DNA of 64,000 nucleotides from the NCBI GenBank assembly GCA_035293405.1, contig DATDOE010000031.1, positions 9,936 through 73,935 on the forward strand. The letters are read 5' to 3'. Shown in pieces: positions 41,301 through 50,416 of this stretch (position 1 is its first letter; every line of letters begins with the position of its first letter). This DNA comes from Vicinamibacterales bacterium (GTDB taxonomy: Bacteria; Acidobacteriota; Vicinamibacteria; Vicinamibacterales; UBA2999). The notes beneath the pieces were generated by a model. The model worked only from the letters and a program-made list of their open reading frames with translations. It ran no database searches and was not told where the DNA came from. The translations under genes were made by a program, and so were the position numbers.

Positions 41301-41399
41301 TCCCCGGACGGCGCCAACGCCTATGACGTCCGCTACGGCATGGCGGACCTGTTCGACGCGGGCACGACCGGACAGTTCACCGTCAAGTTCCTGTTCTAA
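38325..41399 (+). CDS. TonB-dependent receptor with carboxypeptidase-regulatory-like domain
   Basis: RBS AGGAGAG. Signal peptide MSARMSAFLVAFAIALTGLASAQ. GALTGRVTDQQGSSVPGVTVVA...VPGRYTVRFELTGF. C-terminus FTVKFLF. Followed by a canonical terminator. Confidence 0.85.
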   Translation: MSARMSAFLVAFAIALTGLASAQERFGALTGRVTDQQGSSVPGVTVVATNTQTGEVRSFVTDANGQFQALDLVPGRYTVRFELTGFSKVERADVSVVLGRSFQLDAQMKVGELTETVQVTAEASPLVDQRSTLIAHNVSAEEFDRMPKGRSFQSIAFTAPSVSQGDIEGGIQVNGASGAENQFTVDGIVTNSLVNGASRQNTVFEYLQEVQVKTSGISAEWGGALGGVVSAVTKSGGNTFRGEGHYYYDGSALSAGPIKRLVLDPTTEATATYVQDKEQSARNNEFGGSIGGPIVRDRLFFYGSYSPRNLKRVNEYNFAGNTVGEIPRDTWNQQAFGKISVSSRRLNATWSTLWTPSKVTGTLSAYNGTTPNSQTSTQAGLAPNITRGTEQNQVNTSGTVDINLSNSSFLSARGGVFHDRYSDTGISNTTSYTYLTATANSPLPVPASIQGAQQFVNTPRAQITDFDTTKRQNFNMDYNHAFNAGGFHTIKGGYGFQHVVNDIDSHYPGGYINITWGTGGFVSPNGVNQGSGAYGYYEVNDRRITNQAGSNIHSLYIQDTWTLGNRLTLNLGLRTEDEKVPTFRPDFLETAIHFDMKDKLAPRLGAAFDVWGDGRMKVFGSWGMYYDWTKYELPRGSFGAETWCVFYRGLDTTDLGSINLSNMPGRDLWSTPGSCRDRRVPSFGSSIDPDMKPMRQSSASFGTEYQLNRNSVLTMHYIHNDLLETIEDLGALDAGGNEVYIISNPGRGIAAITPVSGRTTPFATPRPKRQYDALELGYSRRFSNNYFFSGNYTLSRLYGNYAGLASSDEITTPTTGVSSATAQQQAGSIAREGGNVNRAWDLDEVLFDSHGNLNVLGRLATDRPHAVKLYGAYDFAKGTQLGAFFYAASGTPMTTYVWSSNGIPLMVEGRGDMGRTPVLSRTDLLLTQELAMAGTKRVRFELNVLNIFNQKTTRHLFNGLNKGSGSSRASAAANLASVDLAQGYDYNARILASPDGANAYDVRYGMADLFDAGTTGQFTVKFLF

Positions 41400-41441
41400 A
41401 CACACAACGGGCCGGCACCAGCCGGCCCCGCGTTCTCTAAC

Positions 41442-41479
41442 AAGAAGGGCCGGCATCTTTGCCGGCCCTTCTTGTTTTT
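41442..41479 (+). terminator. Rho-independent terminator of the receptor gene 38325-41399
   Basis: AAGAAGGGCCGGC-ATCTTT-GCCGGCCCTTCTT followed by GTTTTT. Confidence 0.85.
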
Positions 41480-41483
41480 ACAT

Positions 41484-41520
41484 CGACCAAGAACCGAGAA
41501 CCACCAACCACGAACCGCGC
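41484..41520. repeat. Direct tandem-heptamer array (GAACCNN x5)
   Basis: CGACCAA GAACCGA GAACCAC CAACCAC GAACCGC, abutting the TAG stop of the aldehyde dehydrogenase. Confidence 0.7.
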
Positions 41521-43016
41521 TATGCGTCGATCTGTGCGCGCTGCAGCTTCCCGCTGAAGTCCACGTAGATCGACTTCCATTCCGAGAACACGTCGAGCGC
41601 CGCGGTGCCCGCCTCCCGGTGGCCGTTGCCCGTCGCCTTGGTCCCGCCGAATGGCAGATGCACCTCGGCGCCAATCGTCGGCGCGTTTACGTAGAAAATC
41701 CCCGTGTACATGTCGCGCATGGCCGTGAATGCCAGGTTGATGTCCCGCGTGTAGATTGATGCGGAGAGACCGTAGGCGACCCCGTTCCCTATCGCGATCG
41801 CCTCGTCCAGCGATCGGCAGCGCAGGACCGACACCACGGGTCCGAAGATTTCCTCCTGCGCGATGCGCATGTCCGGGGCGACGTCGCCAAAGATCGTCGG
41901 CTCATGAAACCAGCCGCGGGCGTAGGGGCCGGCGTCCAGACGATGCCCGCCGGTGACCAGAGTCGCGCCTTCGGCACGGCCGATCTCGACGTATCTCATC
42001 ACCGTCTGCAGTTGTGATTCGCTGACTGATGGCCCCATCTGCGTGCGCTCATCCAGCCCGTTGCCGACACGCAGTGCCTTCGCCCGCGCGGCAAACTCAC
42101 GCAGGAACGCGTCGTACACCTTTTCGTGTACGACGACGCGGCTGGCCGCCGTGCAGCGCTGACCGGTCGTGCCGAACCCACCCCAGAGACATCCCTCCAC
42201 CGCGAGCTCGAGCTGCGCGTCGTCCATGACGATGATGACGTTCTTGCCGCCCATTTCGAGGTGAACCTTCTTGAATCCTGGCGCGGCATTCTGATTGACC
42301 AGCCGTCCGACAGCGGTCGATCCGGTGAACGACACGACCTTCACCGCGTCGTGCGTGACCATCCGCGTCCCGACCTCGGCTCCGCCGGTGACCAGGTTGA
42401 CGACGCCGGCCGGAATTCCGACCGCCTCCAGCACCTTCACGAAGTTGACCGCCGACAGCGGCGTGAGCGTTGACGGCTTCAAGACCACGGTATTTCCGCA
42501 GACGAGCGCGGGCGCAATCTTCCATGACGGGATCGCCATCGGGAAATTCCACGGCGTGATCATCGAGCACACGCCGAGCGGTTGTCGTACCGACATGGCA
42601 AATTTGTCCCGCAGTTCAGAGGGGACCGTCTGGCCGTACTGCCGGCGGCCTTCGCCGGCCATGAACTGCGTCATGTCGATGGCTTCCTGGACGTCGCCAC
42701 GCGTCTCCTCGAGCACCTTGCCCATTTCGCGGGTCATGTCCCTGGCGAAGGCGTCCTTGCGCTCGACGAGCTGTCCAGCCGCCGCCAGCAGCAGTTCCGC
42801 TCGCTTGGGCGCGGGCACGAGCCGCCACGTGTCGTACGCGCGAGCGGCAGCCGAGAGCGCGGATTCGACATCTAAAGTGGTCGAATCCTGAAAGAGCCCA
42901 ATCACGTCCCCGTCGTCGGCGGGATTGCGATTCTCGAAGGTCTGGCCTGAAACGGAGGAGACCCACTCTCCCCCGATGTAATTCTGGTAGGTCTGCACGG
43001 TCGCATCTCCGTCCAT
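41520..43016 (-). CDS. NAD(P)-dependent aldehyde dehydrogenase family protein
   Basis: N-terminus [24 protein letters not shown], catalytic-Cys context GQRCTA, and EEIFGPV. ATG at 43016. Confidence 0.85.
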   Translation of the reverse strand: MDGDATVQTYQNYIGGEWVSSVSGQTFENRNPADDGDVIGLFQDSTTLDVESALSAAARAYDTWRLVPAPKRAELLLAAAGQLVERKDAFARDMTREMGKVLEETRGDVQEAIDMTQFMAGEGRRQYGQTVPSELRDKFAMSVRQPLGVCSMITPWNFPMAIPSWKIAPALVCGNTVVLKPSTLTPLSAVNFVKVLEAVGIPAGVVNLVTGGAEVGTRMVTHDAVKVVSFTGSTAVGRLVNQNAAPGFKKVHLEMGGKNVIIVMDDAQLELAVEGCLWGGFGTTGQRCTAASRVVVHEKVYDAFLREFAARAKALRVGNGLDERTQMGPSVSESQLQTVMRYVEIGRAEGATLVTGGHRLDAGPYARGWFHEPTIFGDVAPDMRIAQEEIFGPVVSVLRCRSLDEAIAIGNGVAYGLSASIYTRDINLAFTAMRDMYTGIFYVNAPTIGAEVHLPFGGTKATGNGHREAGTAALDVFSEWKSIYVDFSGKLQRAQIDA

Positions 43017-43309
43017 ATATGAGCAACAGGCTGCCGTAATCCACTCACAGGCTACAACGTGGACCCGAAAGACGGGGAAAACCCGGAAACTCCGAACTCC
43101 ATGTGCCAATTCGCGGCACCTCTCGATGTACCAGCCAACCAACTGCCAGCTAGCGGCTTAGCAGCACCAGTGCACACCAAACACGCTTTGCCGTGTGTGC
43201 AGTGTCGAAACTTGGCCACCAACAAGCCACTGAATTGCGCGTTTCGCACCGGGACTTCCCGTGGCATGGATCCTGAATAAATAACAAGACAGAAGGGCTG
43301 GTTACGAAA

Positions 43310-43687
43310 ATGCCTAGCACCAATCGAATCGCCGACGCACCAGTGCAGAAAGTTGTCGTGGTGAATGGCAATACCGAAGTGCTCGGCATGCTTGAGTCTG
43401 TACTCGACGCGGGCCGCTACGACATGGTGTTCGTGGAACCTGGTGACCGGGCCTATTCGCAGATCAGGAAAGTGCTTCCCAACCTGGTCATCCTCTGCAC
43501 GCGTATCGAGGAACTCGACGGCTTCCAGTTGTTGACCATGCTCAAGCTGGATCCGGAGACCAGTGACATCCCGGTGTTGACCTACACCACCGAGCACGAA
43601 GGACAGGACTTCGACGCCGTGTTCTCGCCGATCGCCGAGGACGACGAGGCGCAGTTCCCGAGCCGTCCCGCGCTCAGGATGAACTGA
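43310..43687 (+). CDS. Stand-alone receiver-like (pseudo-receiver) domain protein
   Basis: CheY-like beta-alpha pattern (KVVVVNGN..., NLVILCTRIEELDGFQLL, IPVLTYT). The acidic pocket DD and the phospho-acceptor Asp are replaced (NGN and Cys). Confidence 0.6.
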   Translation: MPSTNRIADAPVQKVVVVNGNTEVLGMLESVLDAGRYDMVFVEPGDRAYSQIRKVLPNLVILCTRIEELDGFQLLTMLKLDPETSDIPVLTYTTEHEGQDFDAVFSPIAEDDEAQFPSRPALRMN

Positions 43688-43732
43688 CCGGTCTCCGGTC
43701 GGTGCTGCGCGCCCAGACGGTAATGGTATAGT

Positions 43733-44086
43733 TTGCGACCAATGTCATCGGACAAGCGCGACGCGGAGCGCGTCCCGATGCTAGGCCACCTCCGAGGGGA
43801 GGTCATGGTGTTCCAGCCGATGCTGATCAAAGAGGTCAGCCTCGGGGGTGCCATGGTCGAAACCCGGTTCCCTCTTCATCTGAACTCGCTGCACGATTTG
43901 CGGCTCACGCTGGCCACACGGTCCATCGTGGTGAAGGGCCGCGTGGTGCACTCGCAGATCAGCGACGTCGATCAGGACGTGGTGATCTACTGGACGGGTA
44001 TCGAGTTCGTGGAGCCTTCGGAACACGTGGCCTCGGCGATCGCCGAGTTTCTGGAATCGGTGCGCACGCACCGGAACGGAACGTAG
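43733..44086 (+). CDS. PilZ domain protein
   Basis: RxxxR motif (KRDAERV), then an EVSLGGA variant of D/NxSxxG about 25 aa later. A 117-aa beta-barrel-like sequence. Confidence 0.6.
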   Translation: MRPMSSDKRDAERVPMLGHLRGEVMVFQPMLIKEVSLGGAMVETRFPLHLNSLHDLRLTLATRSIVVKGRVVHSQISDVDQDVVIYWTGIEFVEPSEHVASAIAEFLESVRTHRNGT

Positions 44087-44087
44087 T

Positions 44088-44492
44088 CTAGTCGCGCACC
44101 CGCAAGTGCTGCAGGTAGTCGCCTGACGCAATTCGTTCCGCGCGTCCAAGCGGAGCGTTGTAGAAGTAGGCCGCCGCGAACACCACCGTTCCGTCTTCCA
44201 TGGTCACCATCGTACGTTTGCGCCGGTAGAGACTGGACTCTGGTTCGGTGGGGCTGTAGCCCTCGATTTCATCCAGCGCTCTCAGGACGATGACCGGATG
44301 GCTCATCTGGTACACCTCGCCCCACACACGACCGTCGTCGGCAGGGACCGCTGCGGGGTAGATACCCAGATCGAACAGCGCCGCCTCGATGGTCCCTCGA
44401 CCCTTGTATTCGAGGTGCTGATCGAGACCACGACGCCCGGTACGATTGAAGGGCGTCATGAGGGTCCCGTAGAAGAAGACGAGGTCAGCCAT
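44088..44492 (-). CDS. Gamma-glutamylcyclotransferase (AIG2/GGACT-like) family protein
   Basis: The N-terminus MADLVFFYGTLM plus ...G.L.DLG.YPA....DG.V.GEVY are typical of the GGCT-like fold. ATG at 44492. Confidence 0.7.
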   Translation of the reverse strand: MADLVFFYGTLMTPFNRTGRRGLDQHLEYKGRGTIEAALFDLGIYPAAVPADDGRVWGEVYQMSHPVIVLRALDEIEGYSPTEPESSLYRRKRTMVTMEDGTVVFAAAYFYNAPLGRAERIASGDYLQHLRVRD

Positions 44493-44577
44493 TCGTGAAG
44501 TGCAGGCGCGGCAGACCGGCAGCGGAACGGGCTGCCTGCCGACGTAATGGGTTTTACGCCGCCTGATGGCGGCGCAT

Positions 44578-45630
44578 TTACAGGGCGGGGGGAGCGGGAC
44601 GCCGGCGGAACTGAGGATTCGGCGAGGGAGCACCCGGAGCGGGCTGTGGCTGCAGCTCAGGTCGCCGCTGGGCACGCAGTGCGCCGAGCACATCGATCAT
44701 CGCAGCCGGCACTGAGAAGGCCAGCGAGACAGTCTTGCCCTGGCCACCGAGCTGCAGAGAATTCATCAGGTCCGCCAGCTCTGCGTGCTGACCCATCTGC
44801 ATCCGCGCCAGGGCCATGAATCCCTGAATGACCTGTCGGAGATCCTGGGCCGCAACGTCGTCCCGCGCCTCGGCGCGGAGCTGCCCCTCAACGCCCCCAT
44901 TGATCACGCCTTTGATGGAGAACCAGCTGATGGCCGGCAGCCTGCTCGCGATCTCTTGAGGGAGCCTCGCGTTGGCCAGGGCGTCGAATCGCGCCACGCC
45001 CCACACCGTTCCATCGTCGACATCTCGAACGAGGCGCATCAACTCCTGGTTGTCGCTGATCCCTGCGGTCCCTGCCGCCTTGGTATCGATGGCTCGCCGA
45101 ACCGCTGCGGGATTCCCGACCGCGACAAGGCCGGGCTCTACAAACGCGAGGCCGAAATTGTCGTGCGTAACCAGGCGCTTCCCTTTGTAATCTTCAATCG
45201 TCGCACCTTCCTGCAGGGCGAAGCCCTCGAGCCGGACCTGGTCGAATCGCCCGCGAGCGAGGACCAGTGGCGGCCCGCTCGCATCGCTATCTGAACCCGA
45301 TGCGGCAGCGATGACGTAGTCGATGTCTTTCTCGATGTCGATGCCGGTCCGTTCCCGGAAGCGATTGGCGCTGTCTCCGCCCGGCTGGAGGTCTCCGCCA
45401 GGATGGAGTTCCGTCAGCTTGCGCCGCAAGTCGGAATCCATGACGTCGCGGACATTGGCGTAACCGACGAACCGGGCATCGGCGGGCACATACGCGAATT
45501 CTGCAGGCTCGTCCCCGCCGATGAGCGTGAGGTTCTGGAGGCCCATGTAGGAGGCCAGGACGCCGGTGCCAAGACCAACCACGAGAATCCCGGCCGCAAC
45601 CAGGAGAAATAGGCGTGTGCGTTTTGTCAT
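44578..45630 (-). CDS. Membrane-anchored hypothetical protein, last gene downstream of the ABC operon
   Basis: N-terminal anchor MTKRTRLFLLVAAGILVVGLGTGVLASY. No recognisable catalytic motif. Pro-rich C-terminal tail. Confidence 0.5.
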   Translation of the reverse strand: MTKRTRLFLLVAAGILVVGLGTGVLASYMGLQNLTLIGGDEPAEFAYVPADARFVGYANVRDVMDSDLRRKLTELHPGGDLQPGGDSANRFRERTGIDIEKDIDYVIAAASGSDSDASGPPLVLARGRFDQVRLEGFALQEGATIEDYKGKRLVTHDNFGLAFVEPGLVAVGNPAAVRRAIDTKAAGTAGISDNQELMRLVRDVDDGTVWGVARFDALANARLPQEIASRLPAISWFSIKGVINGGVEGQLRAEARDDVAAQDLRQVIQGFMALARMQMGQHAELADLMNSLQLGGQGKTVSLAFSVPAAMIDVLGALRAQRRPELQPQPAPGAPSPNPQFRRRPAPPAL

Positions 45631-45723
45631 CGACACCGCTCCCAACAGGCTATTACGAACGGGCACCTGTCTAGGTTCCTCGCCCCGACGTGGGTCTGAA
45701 AACCCGCCTCCACAGGCCCGATT

Positions 45724-46554
45724 CTACTGGTCCAGCACATATTCTCGTCTCTCCACGACCCGGCCGGCCAGGGCCAGTGATGCGGCGGTCGCCGCGGCCA
45801 GACACAGGAGGCTGATCAGGACCGAAGGTGAGTCGGCAAAAACGCCCTGCAGCAACGAAACCACGCTGTCTGAGGGCATGGCGTGGGGGACCAGGGATTG
45901 GAGGTAATACGCCAGTGTGAACCGCCGCAAATAGCCCGGCATGATCAGCGCCAGTTGCTCCCATCCGAAGGCGAACACCAGACCCACCACGAGCGGACGC
46001 TTCATCACCGTGCCGACGAGGGCGAACAGGCCCCCGTACGCGGCCAGCCCAAGAGCAAGCAGTCCAAGATCGGTCAGCAGCAATTTGAAGCTCGCGCCAA
46101 TCTCCCGGAACGGCACGATCAGGAAATACACCAGCATCACCCCGGGCAGCACGACGAGCGTCGTGCACACCAGGTAGGCGATGAACTTGCCGACGAGAAT
46201 CGCGCTCCGGCGTATCGGCCGGGTGAACAGGTAGGTGATGGTCTTGTCCTCGACTTCATCCGCCACGAGCGCCGTGCCGTAGAACACGCCCAGCACGGGG
46301 ACGATGAACCGCAGGAAGAGGATCCAGATCATCATCCCGAACATCCCCGCGGCATCAACGCGGACGCCGTTGACGCGCAGCGGCGCGATTCCAGTGGCCT
46401 GCACGATGCGGGCGATGAGGGCGAGGATCACCGGGCTGCCAACCACGATGGCCATGAAGATCGTCCGGCGCGACCACAGCATCTCGCCGAGAGACAGCTC
46501 GAAGACGCGCCATGCGCCGTTCATGAACGAGGCTGGACGGGCGTCGCGGCTCAT
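45724..46554 (-). CDS. ABC-2 type transporter permease
   Basis: Six hydrophobic segments. The start overlaps the upstream ATPase stop (ATGA at 46551-46554). Confidence 0.7.
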   Translation of the reverse strand: MSRDARPASFMNGAWRVFELSLGEMLWSRRTIFMAIVVGSPVILALIARIVQATGIAPLRVNGVRVDAAGMFGMMIWILFLRFIVPVLGVFYGTALVADEVEDKTITYLFTRPIRRSAILVGKFIAYLVCTTLVVLPGVMLVYFLIVPFREIGASFKLLLTDLGLLALGLAAYGGLFALVGTVMKRPLVVGLVFAFGWEQLALIMPGYLRRFTLAYYLQSLVPHAMPSDSVVSLLQGVFADSPSVLISLLCLAAATAASLALAGRVVERREYVLDQ

Positions 46555-47465
46555 TGTTTCACCAGGTACTTGAAGACGGCCTGCAGGTTGTCGTCGGGCG
46601 AGGTCACTTCGTCGATGACGCCGCCCTCTCCCGAGGCTGCCATATCGGTCAGGCGCGCATAGAACGCATCAGGGCGGGCGGTCTCGACGATGAGGGCTCC
46701 CGGCTCGAGCCGCAGGCTGATCACACCATCCTCGACCAGCAGCGTGCGGGCAAGGCCCTTGGGATCCTGCGCTCTGATGAACACGGTATGCGGATGCGTG
46801 TCGATGAGATCGCGAATCTGATGCACGTTGCCTTCGGCGACGATTCTCCCGTTGTTGATCAACAGGATGTTCGAGGTCATCGACTCCACTTCGTGCAGAA
46901 TGTGGCTCGAGACGAGCACGCTCTTCCCCGCGCGTCCCCACTCGCGAATCAGCTTGATGGTGCGGCGGCGCATGATGGGGTCCATGCCGCCCAGGGGCTC
47001 GTCGAGGATCAGAACTTCCGGATCGTGGGCGATGGCCTGAGCCATCTTCACGCGCTGGCGCATGCCCTTGCTGTAGGCGCCGATCCGTTTGTCGGCGGCG
47101 TCCAGCAGATCGACGGCTTCGAGGGCGCGCCTCGCGGCCGCCTCGGCAGCGGCCGGGTCGAGACCGTTGAGGCTCACAAGAGCGGTCACCCAGCCAAGCC
47201 CGGTCATCCGGTCGTAGAAGGCATCCTGCTCAGGGCAGAAGCCGATGCGGTGAAACAGCGTCGGGTTGTCCCAGATCGGCTCGCCGAGCACGCGCACGGT
47301 CCCCTGGCTTGGTTTCAGCTGGCCGGTCACGAGCTTCATGAACGTCGACTTGCCGGCGCCGTTCGGGCCCAGCAAGCCAGTAATGCCTGGCGGCACCGAC
47401 ACCGTGACGTCATTCAGGCCGGACACCTGGCCGTACCACTTCGACAGGTGCTCAGTGGTAATCAC
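46551..47465 (-). CDS. ABC transporter ATP-binding protein
   Basis: Walker A GPNGAGKST, signature YSKGMRQR, Walker B VLILDEP. The GTG at 47465 lies 1 nt after the upstream permease stop. The longer track ORF would overlap that gene. Confidence 0.8.
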   Translation of the reverse strand: MITTEHLSKWYGQVSGLNDVTVSVPPGITGLLGPNGAGKSTFMKLVTGQLKPSQGTVRVLGEPIWDNPTLFHRIGFCPEQDAFYDRMTGLGWVTALVSLNGLDPAAAEAAARRALEAVDLLDAADKRIGAYSKGMRQRVKMAQAIAHDPEVLILDEPLGGMDPIMRRRTIKLIREWGRAGKSVLVSSHILHEVESMTSNILLINNGRIVAEGNVHQIRDLIDTHPHTVFIRAQDPKGLARTLLVEDGVISLRLEPGALIVETARPDAFYARLTDMAASGEGGVIDEVTSPDDNLQAVFKYLVKQ

Positions 47466-47466
47466 G

Positions 47467-48303
47467 TCAGGCCACGACCTCGACGGCGCGAATCCGTCGC
47501 TCGAGAATCCAGATCGACGCGCCAATCAGGACCAGCAGCACCAGCACGGCGACAAACACCGGCACCGGCGGCTCGGCGCGCACGCGAAACATCCTGTCGG
47601 CCACGACGTCGAGCATCTGCCCCGGTGAGATCACCGCCCAGGTACTGCTACCGGTGATGGCACGGAGCGCCTGATACATTGCGCCAGTAAAAAACACCGT
47701 GCCCGCGTACATCACGGAGACGAACCGGCGACTCTTCGTCAGCGACGAGAGCGCGAGGATCCCGAATGCCGCGAGGAGGGCCTGGACGATCGAATAGAGC
47801 GTAATCGCCGGCAGGAGGAACAGGTTCTCCCGGATGAAGGTCGTGCTGCCGGCGAGCACCACTTGCACCAGCAGCAGCATCATCGCCGGCGCAAAGGTGA
47901 CGCTGAGCACGAACACCAGCGCGGGCACCAGTTTGCCCATGATGTACTCGGCGCGGGTGAGCGGCTTGGACAAGTAGAGCTGCAGCGCATTCGCGCGCCG
48001 ATCGTCGGCAATGAGTCCGCCCAGCGCGATCGCAATCACGAAGACGAAGAACGACTGCGCGTCAAAGAAATCGCGGAAGGTCTTGGATGTCGCGGCCAGG
48101 AAGGACGCCTGCTGAAAGCTCGACGACAGATAGATCTGAATGGTGCGCGCGACGAACTGTCCCCAGCCGCCGATCATGACCATCAGGAACCATCGCTGCT
48201 TGAGCGCGCCAATAATGTGCATGCGGGCGATGACCCACCAGGCGCGGCCGTGCGGCACGCGCTGCCCGACATAGTGGCGGTAGCCCTGGTCGTGAATAGG
48301 CAT
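47467..48303 (-). CDS. ABC transporter permease (ABC-2-like)
   Basis: Multiple hydrophobic helices. Starts 3 nt after the upstream ATPase stop. Confidence 0.65.
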   Translation of the reverse strand: MPIHDQGYRHYVGQRVPHGRAWWVIARMHIIGALKQRWFLMVMIGGWGQFVARTIQIYLSSSFQQASFLAATSKTFRDFFDAQSFFVFVIAIALGGLIADDRRANALQLYLSKPLTRAEYIMGKLVPALVFVLSVTFAPAMMLLLVQVVLAGSTTFIRENLFLLPAITLYSIVQALLAAFGILALSSLTKSRRFVSVMYAGTVFFTGAMYQALRAITGSSTWAVISPGQMLDVVADRMFRVRAEPPVPVFVAVLVLLVLIGASIWILERRIRAVEVVA

Positions 48304-48306
48304 CGA

Positions 48307-49236
48307 TCAGGACTCCCCGACAGCCTTCGCGAACACGTCTTCGAGCGTCGGCACGCTGGCGCGCAGGTGCCGCACCTGCATCCGGTGCTCCGACGCGAGG
48401 CGAAACAGGAACGGCGCGCCCCGCTCATCCGGGACGAACACACGCATCACGTCCTCGTCGGTCGCGTGGCATTCGAGGCCGGCTGCCCGCAGCACGGACA
48501 GGAATTGCTCGACGTCGCCTTTGACCCGCAGCTCGAAGACACGCCCTCCGGGCCCCTTCAACCCGGCGATCGGGCCAGCGGTCGCAATCGCGCCCTTATC
48601 CAGGACGATCACATGGTCGCAGGTGTATTCGACGTCCGGCAGCAGATGCGACGACAGGATGAGATTGATCTGTTTGTTGTGCGCGATGTCGCGTATGAGC
48701 TCGAGCATCTCCTCGCGCCCCTTCGGATCCATCCCGTTGGTCGGCTCATCGAGAAAGAGCAATGACGGATCGTGCACGAGCGCCTGGGCCAGCTTGATGC
48801 GCTGCTTCATGCCGGTCGAGTACTGCTCGATGTTCCGATAGCGCGCCTCGCCGAGGCCCACGTAATAGAGCACTTCGTGCGCGCGCTGCATCGCGTCGGC
48901 ACGCGGCAGGCCGGCCAGCTCGCCGCAATAGGCCACGAAGGCGACGGCGTTCATGCGCGGAAAGTGCGCATCGTTCTCCGGCATGTAGCCGATGCGCCCG
49001 CGAATCTGCAGCGGGGCGCGACGCACGTCGAGCCCGAGGACCTTCATCACCCCGCTGTCCGGAACCAGCAGTCCGAGCAGGGCCTTGATCATCGTGCTCT
49101 TGCCCGCCCCATTCGGTCCAAGAAGACCGACCGCGCCACCCGGGAATGACGTGCTCACATCGCGCAGGGCCCACTGCGTGCCAAAGCGGACGCTGACACT
49201 CTGGAGGTCGACGACGGACGGCATCACTGGGTCCAT
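48307..49236 (-). CDS. ABC transporter ATP-binding protein
   Basis: Walker A GPNGAGKST, signature YSTGMKQR, Walker B LLFLDEP. An alternative ATG lies at 49224. Confidence 0.85.
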   Translation of the reverse strand: MDPVMPSVVDLQSVSVRFGTQWALRDVSTSFPGGAVGLLGPNGAGKSTMIKALLGLLVPDSGVMKVLGLDVRRAPLQIRGRIGYMPENDAHFPRMNAVAFVAYCGELAGLPRADAMQRAHEVLYYVGLGEARYRNIEQYSTGMKQRIKLAQALVHDPSLLFLDEPTNGMDPKGREEMLELIRDIAHNKQINLILSSHLLPDVEYTCDHVIVLDKGAIATAGPIAGLKGPGGRVFELRVKGDVEQFLSVLRAAGLECHATDEDVMRVFVPDERGAPFLFRLASEHRMQVRHLRASVPTLEDVFAKAVGES

Positions 49237-49244
49237 ACGACGGG

Positions 49245-49289
49245 ATCGTTCGGATCGTTCGGGTCGTTCGGATCGTTCGGATCGTTCTG
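49245..49289. repeat. Five tandem 9-nt units (ATCGTTCGG), intergenic
   Basis: It lies between the HD-domain gene stop (49301) and the ABC ATPase start. The unit is identical to that in 23771-23824. Confidence 0.9.
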
Positions 49290-49300
49290 GGCGTCCGGGT

Positions 49301-49876
49301 TCACAATGTGCCCCGGAGACCGAGGATGTCGGCCTTCTCGCGCAGGAACGTAATCACGTTCGTGACGTGCACGTCGAGGGGCAGCCCGATCTCCTCGGCG
49401 CCCATCCTCAAGTCGTCGCGCGAGACGCCCCGCGCAAAGGCCTTGTCCTTCATCCGCTTGATCACCGACGCCGCTTCCAGATCCAGCACGCTCTTGCTCG
49501 GCCGCACCAGCGAGGCTGCGGTCACGAAGCCCGCCATCTCGTCGCACGCGAAGAGAGATTTCTCGAGCCGGCTCTCACGTGCCACGCCGGAGTACTGCGC
49601 GTGCGAGAGGATGGCACGCATCACCCATTCGGGGTAGCCGCGCCGCCGCAGCTCTTCGCATCCACGGAACGGATGATCCGCCGGCGTGGAATATCGCTCG
49701 TAGTCGAAATCATGGAGCAGCGCGACGATCGCCCACGCGTCCTCATCCTCGCCGAACGAACGGGCATAGCCGCGAACCGCGGCCTCGACGGCGAGCGCGT
49801 GCTTGCGCAGGCTCTCACCCTGGGTCCACTCGGTGAGGAGGGCCCACGCGGCGTCTCGTGACAACGGGGGGGTCAT
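49301..49876 (-). CDS. HD-domain metal-dependent phosphohydrolase
   Basis: H...HD motif: LRKHALAVEAAV...IVALLHDFDYE. Confidence 0.7.
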   Translation of the reverse strand: MTPPLSRDAAWALLTEWTQGESLRKHALAVEAAVRGYARSFGEDEDAWAIVALLHDFDYERYSTPADHPFRGCEELRRRGYPEWVMRAILSHAQYSGVARESRLEKSLFACDEMAGFVTAASLVRPSKSVLDLEAASVIKRMKDKAFARGVSRDDLRMGAEEIGLPLDVHVTNVITFLREKADILGLRGTL

Positions 49877-49891
49877 GAATGCGAACGGATT

Positions 49892-50365
49892 CTACTCTTG
49901 ACCCACGTCCTGGCCCACACGTGGGGGCATGTCGCGGGCCATTTCGAGCGCCCGCTCGATGACCGCCGCCGCCTTCTCCGTCAGGTCGTATTGCGCGAGC
50001 TCCGACCGCTCGACGAGCACGGCCTCGGCGACGTCGGACCCCGCCCGCAGCTCGCCGCCGATCGGCCGGCACAGGTAGTCGATCAGCACGAAGTGGTACA
50101 CGACGCGGCCCGTCCCGTCGTGGGTGATGCGATCGAACACCTCGATCACCGATCCGACCTCGACCTGGAATCCGGTTTCCTCGGCCATCTCGCGCACGAG
50201 GCAGGCCTCGAGCGTCTCTCCTGTCTCGACCGCGCCACCGGGAATACTCCATCGTCCAGCGAGCGGCTCGAAGCGCCGCTTCACGAGCACGACGCGATCT
50301 TCGTGGACGATCACGGCCCCGACCCCCACGAAGGGACGATCCGGGTACTTTCGTCTGTCGTTCAC
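49892..50365 (-). CDS. NUDIX hydrolase
   Basis: Nudix box GGAVETGETLEACLVREMAEETG. GTG start. Confidence 0.8.
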   Translation of the reverse strand: MNDRRKYPDRPFVGVGAVIVHEDRVVLVKRRFEPLAGRWSIPGGAVETGETLEACLVREMAEETGFQVEVGSVIEVFDRITHDGTGRVVYHFVLIDYLCRPIGGELRAGSDVAEAVLVERSELAQYDLTEKAAAVIERALEMARDMPPRVGQDVGQE

Positions 50366-50383
50366 ACTTCTCAGTGCTCCCTT

Positions 50384-50416
50384 CTCGGTTCGGGTTCAGG
50401 TTCGGTTCTCAGTTCT
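50384..50416. repeat. Degenerate GGTTC-rich short-repeat tract
   Basis: CTCGGTTCGGGTTCAGGTTCGGTTCTCAGTTCTCA, between the yjbQ stop and the NUDIX start. Periodicity is irregular (5-7 nt). Confidence 0.5.
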
